Assembly (NCBI GenBank): GCA_018817165.1 | Contig: JAHITY010000070.1 | Coordinates: 363-64,362 of the forward strand | DNA from: Candidatus Omnitrophota bacterium | GTDB taxonomy: Bacteria; Omnitrophota; Gorgyraeia; B26-G9 | Length of the DNA: 64,000 nucleotides | Direction: 5' to 3' | Shown here: positions 55,401 to 63,434 of the stretch, one piece after another | Layout of the letters: every line of letters begins with the position of its first letter | Numbering within the stretch: the stretch's first letter is position 1 | Translations under genes and position numbers: made by a program | The notes under the pieces: generated by a model | Databases searched by the model: none | Seen by the model: only the letters and a program-made list of their open reading frames with translations | What the model was told of the DNA's origin: nothing

Positions 55401-56813
55401 AATAGTGTATATTCAACCAAGCTGGGGAAAAGATACCTTGATTTATACTCTCCGTTACAAGAAGTAATCGACTTGCACCATCAATGGATCGAAGCTGAGA
55501 GCTATAAACAGTTCACAACTGATACATCTGATGAAACTGTTACTGATACAAATAAGATGCCGGGATCGCAAAATGATTTCGCGGCTAATGCAATGTACTC
55601 ATTGTATGGATTGCGGATAAATACTCAGGATTATTCAAATGTCAGCGGCGATGTTCTGTTTACCCAGGATGACCTGGATGACGGGAAAATTAAAATAACC
55701 GCGAATATTCCGACGCTGGATAATATTGAAACAATGCTTTTATCTTTGGATGATGGCCGCAGCTGGGATGAAATGCCGAAAGCATCAAATATTGCTTTTG
55801 AGTTTATTCCGCAGCAAGGGGTGCGCTATGAGCCAATAATTAAATTAAAACGCACTGGTGCTTATTCTGATGTGGAATTGCCATTATTGCGCAATGGTGT
55901 GCTTTCTTATGAAGATGTCAGTTATAATGAGCAGGTTTTAGCAACTCTCCAAGCTCTTTCCAATGCTTATGAGAAGCAGGATGTCGCGGAATTCGCTAAA
56001 TATATTTCCCGCGATTATTTGGGCAATCAGACATTTTTAGAAGAAGGGATCAGATTTGATTTTGATATGTTTATTGATATTCAGTTGACTATTTTTGTTA
56101 ATCGAATTGAAAGCCGCAAAGGCATGTGGATCGCGGAAACAAAATGGGATAAGAAGCAGACCCCTAGGACAACCGGACAGCAGCAGCTTACCAGCGGTCA
56201 GACCACGATGATATTTGTGGCGGAAGATGGAGTATTGAAGATCAAGAATTTACGCGGAAATTTATTATTTGCGACTTTGTCTCCGGAGATCGCGGAAGCC
56301 AGCGGTTTGAATCAAGCAACAGTTGATGCTATCCGTACAGCACATGATGATCGTAATCCTACTCAACCGGGTGCTGGTGAGATTGAGGATGATGGAGGAG
56401 TGTCTAGCGGGACAACAACTTCTGCGCTTTTAACAGTGCAGACTGCTACGCTTACGATTATTGCTGGATCTCCCTCGGGCTTTAATGTTGTTTCCGGCAC
56501 AACCGGTCAGCAATCAAGCGGAGATTTTTTTATAGAATTTGCGGCGATGTTTTTTGCTAATTCAGGGGCAGTCTTACAGGATGTAACCAATAGTTATTCT
56601 TTTGATAATTTAAGCACTGCTCCCGATGTAGTTGATTCAGGCGGGGTGGGCGCATTTATGAATGTTCCGCGGGTAATTTTGTTTAAAACTGTTGACGACT
56701 ATTATGGAAAAATGAAAGTAACTGTAGCTGATGATAATGGGGACGGAACCTCAACTGTAAGTTTTCAGTACGCAGTTCAGACAGACAGCACTCGCAATAT
56801 TGCCACGCAATAA
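52482..56813 (+). CDS. 1443-aa exported hypothetical protein
   Basis: signal peptide ending SFA; long helical body; NTF2-like domain paralogous to the upstream gene; beta-rich C-terminus. Confidence 0.8.
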   Translation: MNNKFKNSKIFVGSIVCIALCLQAVPSFAGLVADKIVLLGLDTAGAMAKEKDMKKGAEEALKKTTFDWLWDIIGGVEKIAFVAQEAEIPAMKDKINLVVSTIQNIDKISTQLGSGKYDEALFTATDQAVGMINHPLVTVMWEAIKMTYESQKLLADAKAQAEIEALYGIVSGDRRIAGEYNPDQKGPAQFKMNAETVDYFFNDYLITSAGTRQLVRSYVEKELGQEWPEQSWTDYLKSYTAIGSGVDLAQAAEIEALSGELRNVARGWISKLLADVNKMAQVQYDQTRVRQQMGEFHAFAEQVSHFYNNDYERMMSEFMDLRRMKQSIPEYRALEVKSKARYTALSAEIAKLEKLNVLKSASAIEQECNTWQLQLLTAASGAETVGEKALGQSLYAQRRAWLEFRDKFMKDLKEDMEGSLDEASVFPVPTVNSNNPEADLQRYGLEKGMAMANVFYSEVFKPMIIPYEFPEDIESFSGEIEKFCQMGNFVEAKKVLDKLDIIKKDLEQYYTVQMKTKIANALANPPSIVKEAMEKTGISSVGPDAQTTSRMKVDQIFRYRNGWTWAVQRAYDMQPPLYQADAALLAARKVQLQGIIATFTALANQAGGKYRKYASDISAALTNLPIGDADDFSVYKGNWGMYREFKQIDQAIEEYTYLVPKKNVQGNIVDIPGALRYWAQEIENNSRHPQYIIPGYRESFSMTKQNWENARQAWEQAPRITVEEEEIIRALYFQNLIFSIPSNQAYLEKQMEGFNPMQDQAFCDKAVNNIGSYLSTMKDTLSKLEQKLIRNFNNQDQDATFLKNNAKYAQDMIEALIAAKLVKHINGNYGELIPNLDIAENDMAKAKEPYLHYMTVSELNTMKAGISRIINSSKANVFIRKYLPNYAQKLDELSSLANVKPASGENIIIRGADAVYEKDIVQAEKLIKSLRYKSEDNKFNAILDQIMPLIPLMLVKNVKENWYGVKFPDDAETNSVYSTKLGKRYLDLYSPLQEVIDLHHQWIEAESYKQFTTDTSDETVTDTNKMPGSQNDFAANAMYSLYGLRINTQDYSNVSGDVLFTQDDLDDGKIKITANIPTLDNIETMLLSLDDGRSWDEMPKASNIAFEFIPQQGVRYEPIIKLKRTGAYSDVELPLLRNGVLSYEDVSYNEQVLATLQALSNAYEKQDVAEFAKYISRDYLGNQTFLEEGIRFDFDMFIDIQLTIFVNRIESRKGMWIAETKWDKKQTPRTTGQQQLTSGQTTMIFVAEDGVLKIKNLRGNLLFATLSPEIAEASGLNQATVDAIRTAHDDRNPTQPGAGEIEDDGGVSSGTTTSALLTVQTATLTIIAGSPSGFNVVSGTTGQQSSGDFFIEFAAMFFANSGAVLQDVTNSYSFDNLSTAPDVVDSGGVGAFMNVPRVILFKTVDDYYGKMKVTVADDNGDGTSTVSFQYAVQTDSTRNIATQ

Positions 56814-56847
56814 ACATTAATATTCTTCCTGCTTTAAATACTTTAAT

Positions 56848-56896
56848 TTGACAAAGTATTTAAAGTTGGATATACTATATAGCAAGATGGCTATAT
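56848..56896 (+). promoter_or_regulatory. promoter and ArsR operator
   Basis: TTGACA-N17-TATACT followed by palindrome ATATAGCAAGATGGCTATAT. Confidence 0.8.
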
Positions 56897-56897
56897 G

Positions 56898-56963
56898 AAA
56901 GCAGAAAGCGCTCCGCGCTTTGCTTATAGCTGATGGCTCATAGCTCATGGCAAAAGCAAAAAG
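56898..56963 (+). repeat. repeat A copy in the arsR leader
   Basis: matches 10971-11027 and 58643-58724. Confidence 0.75.
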
Positions 56964-57087
56964 AACGTTAATAACTGTTTTATTTTTTGACCATCGACTT
57001 GGTGATGCGCAATACGTACGACGTAATACTGAAAAGCGGATAGTTCTTCGACTCGCTAACGCGTTAACAATTTATTTAAGAGGATTT

Positions 57088-57426
57088 ATGAAGGAGTTGG
57101 AAAAAATATTTAAAGCCTTGGCTGATATTAATCGGCTGCGGATATTAAAAATGCTCCAAGCGCAGAAAAGATGTGTATGTGAATTAGCTTTTGTCTTGGG
57201 TATTGCTCAGCCTAGCGTGTCGAGACACTTAAAAAAACTTAAAAATGCGGGTTTGATTGCTAGTGAAAAAAATGGGTTTTGGACTGATTATTATTTGATT
57301 GAAAATAGTAAAGGCTCAAAGGCTATTATGAAATATATTAAACAAACTACAGAATATGATAGTTTGGTTAAAAAAGATCTTGAGAAAATAAAAAAAGCTA
57401 ATCGCCAAAAACTTTGCTGTAAATAA
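57088..57426 (+). CDS. arsR: ArsR-family repressor
   Basis: FKALADINRL, CVCEL, QPSVSRHL, C-terminal CC; start after SD GAGG. Confidence 0.88.
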   Translation: MKELEKIFKALADINRLRILKMLQAQKRCVCELAFVLGIAQPSVSRHLKKLKNAGLIASEKNGFWTDYYLIENSKGSKAIMKYIKQTTEYDSLVKKDLEKIKKANRQKLCCK

Positions 57427-57442
57427 AATTTTTTATAAAAAT

Positions 57443-57462
57443 AAGTAGCTATTTTGCTATAT
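57443..57462. promoter_or_regulatory. second ArsR operator copy downstream of arsR
   Basis: 16/20 match to the reverse complement of 56877-56896; preceded by T6. Confidence 0.65.
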
Positions 57463-57472
57463 GGAGGAAAAC

Positions 57473-58645
57473 ATGAAAGAATGGAAGAAGTTTTTATTAA
57501 TGGCAGGTATTTTTCTCGGATGTTTTTATCTGCCTATAGAGCTATTGCCTTTTCGCAATCCGTTTTTTGAAGCAATAGCATTGGTCCAATGGTATGCGCA
57601 AGAACATGTTCTGCTTTGTTTGGTGCCGGCTTTTTTTATTGCCGGAGCGATTTCGGTTTTTATCAGCCAGGCCTCAGTAATTAAATATTTTGGGGCAAAA
57701 GCAAACAAGGTTCTGGCTTATAGCGTGGCTTCGATTTCCGGAACGATTTTGGCAGTATGTTCATGTACGGTTTTGCCTTTATTTTCCGGCATATATAAAC
57801 GCGGCGCAGGCTTGGGCCCGGCAACAGCTTTTCTTTATTCTGGTCCGGCAATTAATATTTTGGCAATTATTATGACTGCCCGGATTTTAGGCTGGCAGCT
57901 GGGTGTTGCCAGGGCAGTGGGCGCAATTTTATTCAGTGTAGTAATCGGGCTTTTAATGCATCTTATATTTTTAAAAGAAGAACGTGCCAGGAAAACAGCA
58001 GGTGATTTAGTAGCTATAGAGGAAAAGGAGCCGAGGGCCTTATGGCAGAACGGCCTGTATTTTTTGGCAATGGTTGGTTTTTTGGTTTTTGCCAATTGGG
58101 CAAAACCCTTACCAGGAGATAATGGTTTATGGGCAAAGATATTTGCGCTTAAATGGTATGTGGCTTTTAGCTTTTTAGCAATCACAGGTATTATGCTGAT
58201 CAAATGGTTTAAAAAACCAGAAATTGTGGAGTGGAGTCAAAGTTCTTGGGGATTTGCTAAACAAATAATGCCTTTATTGCTTCTCGGGGTCTTGATCGCG
58301 GGACTTTTACTGGGCAGACCAAATCATGAAGGATTAATTCCCTCATGGATAATTGCCAAGGCTGTGGGAGGGAATTCATTTGCAGCAAATTTTCTAGCTT
58401 CGATTGCCGGAGCATTTATGTATTTTGCTACACTTACCGAGGTTCCAATTTTGCAGGGATTGATCGGCGCGGGCATGGGCAAAGGCCCGGCTCTAGCTTT
58501 GCTTTTAGCCGGTCCAGCGCTTAGTTTACCGAATATGTTGGTTATTCGGGGAATCATTGGCACAAAGAAGACAGTGGTTTATGTAAGTTTAGTGGTGGTT
58601 ATGGCCACATTCAGCGGAATTATATTTGGGTTGATTGTTAAATAG
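57473..58645 (+). CDS. ArsP/DUF318-family permease
   Basis: AVCSCTVLPLF, FLYSGPAIN, MYFATLTEVP, AGPALSLP. Confidence 0.9.
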   Translation: MKEWKKFLLMAGIFLGCFYLPIELLPFRNPFFEAIALVQWYAQEHVLLCLVPAFFIAGAISVFISQASVIKYFGAKANKVLAYSVASISGTILAVCSCTVLPLFSGIYKRGAGLGPATAFLYSGPAINILAIIMTARILGWQLGVARAVGAILFSVVIGLLMHLIFLKEERARKTAGDLVAIEEKEPRALWQNGLYFLAMVGFLVFANWAKPLPGDNGLWAKIFALKWYVAFSFLAITGIMLIKWFKKPEIVEWSQSSWGFAKQIMPLLLLGVLIAGLLLGRPNHEGLIPSWIIAKAVGGNSFAANFLASIAGAFMYFATLTEVPILQGLIGAGMGKGPALALLLAGPALSLPNMLVIRGIIGTKKTVVYVSLVVVMATFSGIIFGLIVK

Positions 58646-58815
58646 CTAATGGCTCATAGCAAAAGCAAAAAAGCAGAAAGCGCTTTGCTTATAGCTCATA
58701 GCTGATGGCTGATAGCTCATAGTCAAAATGTGATATCCTGAAAAAAGTTGACAGTGAACAGAGGACAAATTTCTAATTACTAATTTCTAAACTCTAAATA
58801 AACTTAAATGACTAA
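58643..58815 (+). repeat. repeats A and C in tandem
   Basis: TAGCTCATAGCTGATGGCTGATAGCTCATAG units and the 33-bp repeat C at 58783-58815. Confidence 0.75.
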
Positions 58816-58858
58816 AGCCCAAAACACAAAAAAAATAAAGCAAAAACAAATTTTGTGA

Positions 58859-59069
58859 AAGATGATTGGGAAATTTTTAAGCTTCTCACAAATTTAGGTA
58901 AATACGTGTCGGATTTTTGGGAACCCGTTAGGGCACGAGGACCTGTTTGAGCTTATTCATTAAAATTTTCAGGGCGAGTTCCGCAGTGCCGGAAATATGG
59001 CGCGGATTTGCCGATCTTGATGTTCACATCAAGAAAATTTGTGTCAGCGTAAAATTTGCTGGTCATCTT
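58859..59069. repeat. ~210-nt long fold-back element G
   Basis: AAGATGATTGG/CTGGTCATCTT, CACAAATTT/AAATTTGTG, GGTAAAT/ATTTGCC and GGCAC/GTGCC nested pairings. Confidence 0.65.
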
Positions 59070-59136
59070 GAGTACAGCGCTGTTTATTAATTAGAGTTTT
59101 TTTATGCAATACTGAAAATAAAGGGAGGATTACGAT

Positions 59137-59370
59137 ATGAAGATAGAAATATTGGGGACAGGCTGTCCAAAATGTAAAAAATTATATGAAAATGTTCAGG
59201 AATCGGTTAAGCAAAAAAACATTGACGCAGAGATTTTAAAGGTTACAGAAATAAATGAGATAATGGAGTACGGGGTTATGATCACCCCGGCTTTAGTGGT
59301 TGATGGAGAAGTTAAGGCTGCCGGAAAAATCCCTTCGGTAGATGAAATTGTGAATTGGATTACTGCATAA
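59137..59370 (+). CDS. small thioredoxin-like redox-active disulfide protein (MTH895-like)
   Basis: MKIEILGTGCPKC, GVMITPALVVDG. Confidence 0.9.
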   Translation: MKIEILGTGCPKCKKLYENVQESVKQKNIDAEILKVTEINEIMEYGVMITPALVVDGEVKAAGKIPSVDEIVNWITA

Positions 59371-59384
59371 AAGAGGAGGGAAAT

Positions 59385-59837
59385 ATGGCAAAGGCAACTA
59401 AGATTTTTTTAGTAATAGGAGTAATTGTTCTGGGAGCGTTTATGCTGCAGCGTAATTCCAATAAAGGCTGCACAAATGGTGTGTGCAGTTCATTTCCTGC
59501 TGCGAGGGCGGAAACAGCGGATTTACTTAAAGCAGATTTACCAGACAAAGCTGAACAGATTAGTTTTGTGGAGCTGGGATCAGTCAATTGCATTCCCTGC
59601 AAGCAGATGCAGCCGATTATCGAGGAAATTGAGAAAGAATATATTGGAAAAGTAAAAGTTGTATTCCATGATGTTTGGACAGAAGAAGGTAAAAAGTACG
59701 GTAATGAATACCATATCCGGGTTATCCCGACTCAAGTATTTCTGGACAAAACTGGTAAGGAAATATTCCGTCATGAAGGATTTTTTCCAAAAGTAGAGAT
59801 TGAAAAAATCTTGAATAATGCGGGAATCTCAAAATGA
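59385..59837 (+). CDS. exported/membrane-anchored thioredoxin
   Basis: N-terminal TM segment, CIPC, IPTQ. Confidence 0.88.
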   Translation: MAKATKIFLVIGVIVLGAFMLQRNSNKGCTNGVCSSFPAARAETADLLKADLPDKAEQISFVELGSVNCIPCKQMQPIIEEIEKEYIGKVKVVFHDVWTEEGKKYGNEYHIRVIPTQVFLDKTGKEIFRHEGFFPKVEIEKILNNAGISK

Positions 59838-60532
59838 TAATGCGTTTATTTGAAATATTAACTAATGCTTTAAACGGTAATGCGTTTATTGCCGTGGGCG
59901 CGGCTTTTGCCTGGGGAATATTGAGTATCCTGCTTAGCCCTTGTCATTTGGCAAGTATCCCTCTGATAATCGGGTTTATTAATGATCAGGGAAAGATATC
60001 GACAAAAAGGGCATTTAGATTAGCGTTGCTTTTTTCTTTAGGAATCCTGATAACCATCTCTATTATCGGAGTGATTACCGCGGGAATGGGCAGAATGCTG
60101 GGGGATATCGGCAGTTGGGGAAACTATTTTGTGGCAATTATTTTTCTGGCAGTAGGATTGCATTTATTAGGACTTCTGCCATTGGCTTTTATCAATGGGG
60201 TAAGCCAGCCGGGCATGAAAAAAAAGGGGTTATTGGCTGCTTTACTGCTCGGGCTTATCTTCGGTATCGCGCTTGGTCCGTGCACTTTCGCGTATATGGC
60301 TCCGATGCTGGCGATTACTTTTTCCCTGTCTTCGACAAAATTCCTGTATGGAATAATCTTGCTTATGGCTTATGGAATAGGGCATTGCTCGGTGATTATA
60401 TTGGCCGGGACATCTACGGAAATGGTAGAGCATTATCTTAAATGGAATGAAAACTCAAAAGGAGCGCTTATCCTGAAAAAGATATGCGGTCTTTTAGTAA
60501 TCTTATCAGGGATATATTTATTATGGAAATAA
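59834..60532 (+). CDS. ccdA: CcdA/DsbD-type transmembrane disulfide relay protein
   Basis: LSPCHL and GPCT conserved Cys in a multi-TM protein. Confidence 0.85.
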   Translation: MIMRLFEILTNALNGNAFIAVGAAFAWGILSILLSPCHLASIPLIIGFINDQGKISTKRAFRLALLFSLGILITISIIGVITAGMGRMLGDIGSWGNYFVAIIFLAVGLHLLGLLPLAFINGVSQPGMKKKGLLAALLLGLIFGIALGPCTFAYMAPMLAITFSLSSTKFLYGIILLMAYGIGHCSVIILAGTSTEMVEHYLKWNENSKGALILKKICGLLVILSGIYLLWK

Positions 60533-60550
60533 AGGGGCGCAAGGGGAAAT

Positions 60551-60585
60551 AGTATTGCGTATCGCGTATTGAGTATTGCGTAAAA
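60551..60585 (+). repeat. heptamer repeat D, copy 2
   Basis: matches 22966-23000. Confidence 0.8.
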
Positions 60586-60599
60586 TAATACAAAAACCT

Positions 60600-60812
60600 G
60601 TAGGGGATGGGCTTGCCCCATCCCGAATAGAATTATCAATAATCGGTCAAATAATTGATGATCAATGGAATGATATCTCTAATCAATATGACAAATCGAA
60701 TACGTTATCTTGCCTAATCACATTCATGGTATAATTAAATTACGGGCGACTGCCAGGGTCGCCCATACAGGATTGGGTAAAATTATTGGTACATTAAAAT
60801 CCAAATGTTCAA
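60600..60812 (+). pseudogene. frameshifted fragment of a REP-associated tyrosine transposase (RAYT/IS200-like)
   Basis: ELSIIGQIIDDQWNDI, frameshift, EYVILPNHIHGII (HUH), RATARVAHT, LGKIIGTLKS; GTAGGGGATGGG..CCCCATCCC REP-like hairpin. Confidence 0.8.
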
Positions 60813-61597
60813 TGATTATCGGCAGGCTTATCAGTAGAGAATAATTTATCCAGCTCTTTTTCTAATACTTGAGCTTGTTCGGTTTTGCCCAGCTTTTTAT
60901 ACGCCTCACCGAGAAAAGTATAAATAATTTTCTTCTTAAATTTATCAGCAGATTGTTGATCACCAAGAATCTTGGCATGCTCAAAATTATAAGCCGCCTT
61001 TGGATAATCCTTTTTTTGGATAATATAAATTTCACCCAGAGTTGAGTATATTTCCCAAGAATCAGGATTGTTTTTTATTCCAGCTTCAAGCAGCTTTATC
61101 GCCTCGTCTATTTTGTTTAAACGCGTTGCCAACCAGAATCCGCCTATGCAATAAGCTTGTTCATTGTGCGGATTTAATTTAACAGCAAAGTAAAACCAGG
61201 GCAGCATTTCTTTTTGTTCATTTCCAGATAAATGCCTGTGTTTGTTTATCAGCATTGTCTGGCTGATATTAAGCAGCGGATTTAAAGATTTAGTAAAAAC
61301 AGGATGTTCTTCCTTAGGCGCATGCTCGGCTTTGTGTTCTTCCGGAGTTTCAATATGGTTTTCCGTGCAATTTTCTTCCTTGCAGCGCTGTCCTTGTCCA
61401 TGGAAATAAGCGTCAGCCTGAAGATAAGATAGATCAGATAAATACTCCCTGAATTCTCCAAAAGTTTTATAAAATATCTGATTACTTAATTCATCTGATG
61501 GTTTTTGGATTAAAAAATTCTGGCTATAGGTATCGATCTTAGAACTGAGGATAATGATAAAAAATAGCGCAATTATCGGGAAAATTAATTTTTTCAT
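60809..61597 (-). CDS. membrane-anchored TPR protein
   Basis: N-terminal hydrophobic segment, YFH, His-rich insert, TPR-like helices (LNPH, NPDSW). Confidence 0.78.
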   Translation of the reverse strand: MKKLIFPIIALFFIIILSSKIDTYSQNFLIQKPSDELSNQIFYKTFGEFREYLSDLSYLQADAYFHGQGQRCKEENCTENHIETPEEHKAEHAPKEEHPVFTKSLNPLLNISQTMLINKHRHLSGNEQKEMLPWFYFAVKLNPHNEQAYCIGGFWLATRLNKIDEAIKLLEAGIKNNPDSWEIYSTLGEIYIIQKKDYPKAAYNFEHAKILGDQQSADKFKKKIIYTFLGEAYKKLGKTEQAQVLEKELDKLFSTDKPADNH

Positions 61598-62368
61598 TTA
61601 AAGATTTTTTCTTTTAAAACATAAAACAGTTAGCCAAAGCAGTAATCCTATGTATAAAATACTATAAATAGAAATTGCTGTTACTACCCAAAACGGCAAG
61701 GGTTCCCAGAGATGAATAATTCTTGTGCGGATATCAAAAAACTCAAAATGAGGCAAAATATAGTAAAGTAGATTATAAACAAGAGTGATTTTACCCTCAG
61801 CAAGAAGCAGCGTTTTTCTTAAGGCATCATTATACCAAAACATAAAAAAATAAAGCAGAAATGTTATGGATATATTAGCGGATATTGTAAGGAAGAGTGA
61901 GAACATTAACGCGAAAGCAGATAGCATTGATAGTAAAAGCAATGATAATAAGTAATATTGTGATAATAAAATCAAGCTGGCTGCTTCTCCCTTGCTAAAA
62001 ATAAAGCCAAGATATAAAATATAAAAGCTGGTAAAGCTGATAAAAGAAATAAATAAACTTCCGATAAATTTTCCTAATACAAACTGAGTTCGGGAAACCG
62101 GCTTGGCTAGTAGGGGGTAGATGGTTTTAGTTTCTATTTCAGCCGGAATTTGCTTAGCGGAAAAAGTAATTGTAATGATCATCGAAAAAAGTCCGACCAA
62201 AGATAGTCCAATATCTTTTAAATAACGGGAAATATCTTTGATCCCAAAAAAAGATTCACCGTAAAAAAAGCCCGCTAATCCCAGAAAAAGGATAATCAAG
62301 ATATAAAAATCTTTTTTTCTTAGCAGTTCTTTTATAGTATGTTGCGCGAGAATTAAAATTTTAGTCAT
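61598..62368 (-). CDS. ABC-2-family permease
   Basis: EIETKTIYPLLAKPVSRTQFVLGKF motif, multiple TM segments. Confidence 0.88.
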   Translation of the reverse strand: MTKILILAQHTIKELLRKKDFYILIILFLGLAGFFYGESFFGIKDISRYLKDIGLSLVGLFSMIITITFSAKQIPAEIETKTIYPLLAKPVSRTQFVLGKFIGSLFISFISFTSFYILYLGFIFSKGEAASLILLSQYYLLSLLLLSMLSAFALMFSLFLTISANISITFLLYFFMFWYNDALRKTLLLAEGKITLVYNLLYYILPHFEFFDIRTRIIHLWEPLPFWVVTAISIYSILYIGLLLWLTVLCFKRKNL

Positions 62369-63101
62369 TTTTCACCAGATCAAAGAAATATTGTTCCAAG
62401 GTAATTGCTTTTCCTTTTTCATTCATTATTTCGTGTGGTTTTGTTTCTTTTAATATTTTTCCATCTTTTAAAATAACAACCTTGTCGGAGATTATCTCTG
62501 CTTCCGAAAGTTCATGTGAAGAAAAAAAGATGGTTTTTCCTTTAGTTTTTAGCTCGAGCAATATGTTGCGCATATTCATTCGGGCAATTGGATCAAACCC
62601 TGATGTCGGCTCATCGAGAATAAGTAATTCTGGATCATTTATTAGGCATTGAGCAAAGCTTACTTTCTGCAACATGCCTTTAGAAAATGTTTTCATTAAT
62701 TTATTTTTATCTTCTCCTAAGTCGACAAGCTCAAGCAGATAATCTATGCGCGGCAGAAAAATCGCGGGTTTGATTTTAAATAATTTAGCATAAAAAATAA
62801 GCAGTTCTTTGGGAGTTAGGTACCAATAATAATTCGCGGTTTCCGGCATATAGCCGATTGCTTGACGGTTAAGCGTGTCAGTTGGTTTTTTTTCAAAAAG
62901 CAAAACAGTGCCTTTATTAGGCGTAAGCAAGCCAAGCAGTGTTTTTATTAAAGTTGTTTTTCCCGCGCCGTTTGGCCCAAGAAAACCGCAGATTTGACCT
63001 TTGCCGAGGCTTAGGTTAATATTCTGCAGAGCTTTTTTTTGCTGCAAACCTTTTCCGTAAATAAGATTTAAATTATTTATTTCAATAACATTTTTTATCA
63101 T
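62361..63101 (-). CDS. ABC transporter ATP-binding protein
   Basis: GPNGAGKT, FSKGM, LILDEPT, SSH. Confidence 0.93.
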   Translation of the reverse strand: MIKNVIEINNLNLIYGKGLQQKKALQNINLSLGKGQICGFLGPNGAGKTTLIKTLLGLLTPNKGTVLLFEKKPTDTLNRQAIGYMPETANYYWYLTPKELLIFYAKLFKIKPAIFLPRIDYLLELVDLGEDKNKLMKTFSKGMLQKVSFAQCLINDPELLILDEPTSGFDPIARMNMRNILLELKTKGKTIFFSSHELSEAEIISDKVVILKDGKILKETKPHEIMNEKGKAITLEQYFFDLVKND

Positions 63102-63235
63102 AAGCTAATTTTAACATATGAATTTTTAGACTTCAAGTATAATTAGAATATGAGGGAGGGGCTGATTTTTAAGATAAAATATATTGCCAGGGGTTTTGGT
63201 TTGGTATACCATATGAATTACTTAATAACTAATCC

Positions 63236-63354
63236 GGTAAAGTTTAACGGTAACGAAGCCCGTATCGGTTATGTTAACAGTTACGGTTAGAAATAATAAA
63301 TTTAAAGCCGACTGACATTACCCGAAGACGAAACGGGCATCGTAACCCTAACCG
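63236..63354. repeat. structured repeat B, copy 2
   Basis: homologous to 11049-11174. Confidence 0.8.
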
Positions 63355-63434
63355 TGTAACTAGTATTGAGTGTTTTTACGCAATACGCGATACTGAAAAT
63401 ATAAATAATCAATAGCGGATTAAGGGAGAGAATA

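Noticed and set aside
56947-57087. N-terminal extension of ArsR given in the ORF track
   Set aside because: It is translated repeat sequence; the SD and ArsR homology begin at 57088
63253-63347. Repeat B as a hammerhead ribozyme (GUA, stem, CUGA, GAAAC order in copy 2)
   Set aside because: The core reads CUGACAU rather than CUGANGA, stem II is not convincing, and copy 1 lacks CUGA; a simple inverted repeat explains the pattern
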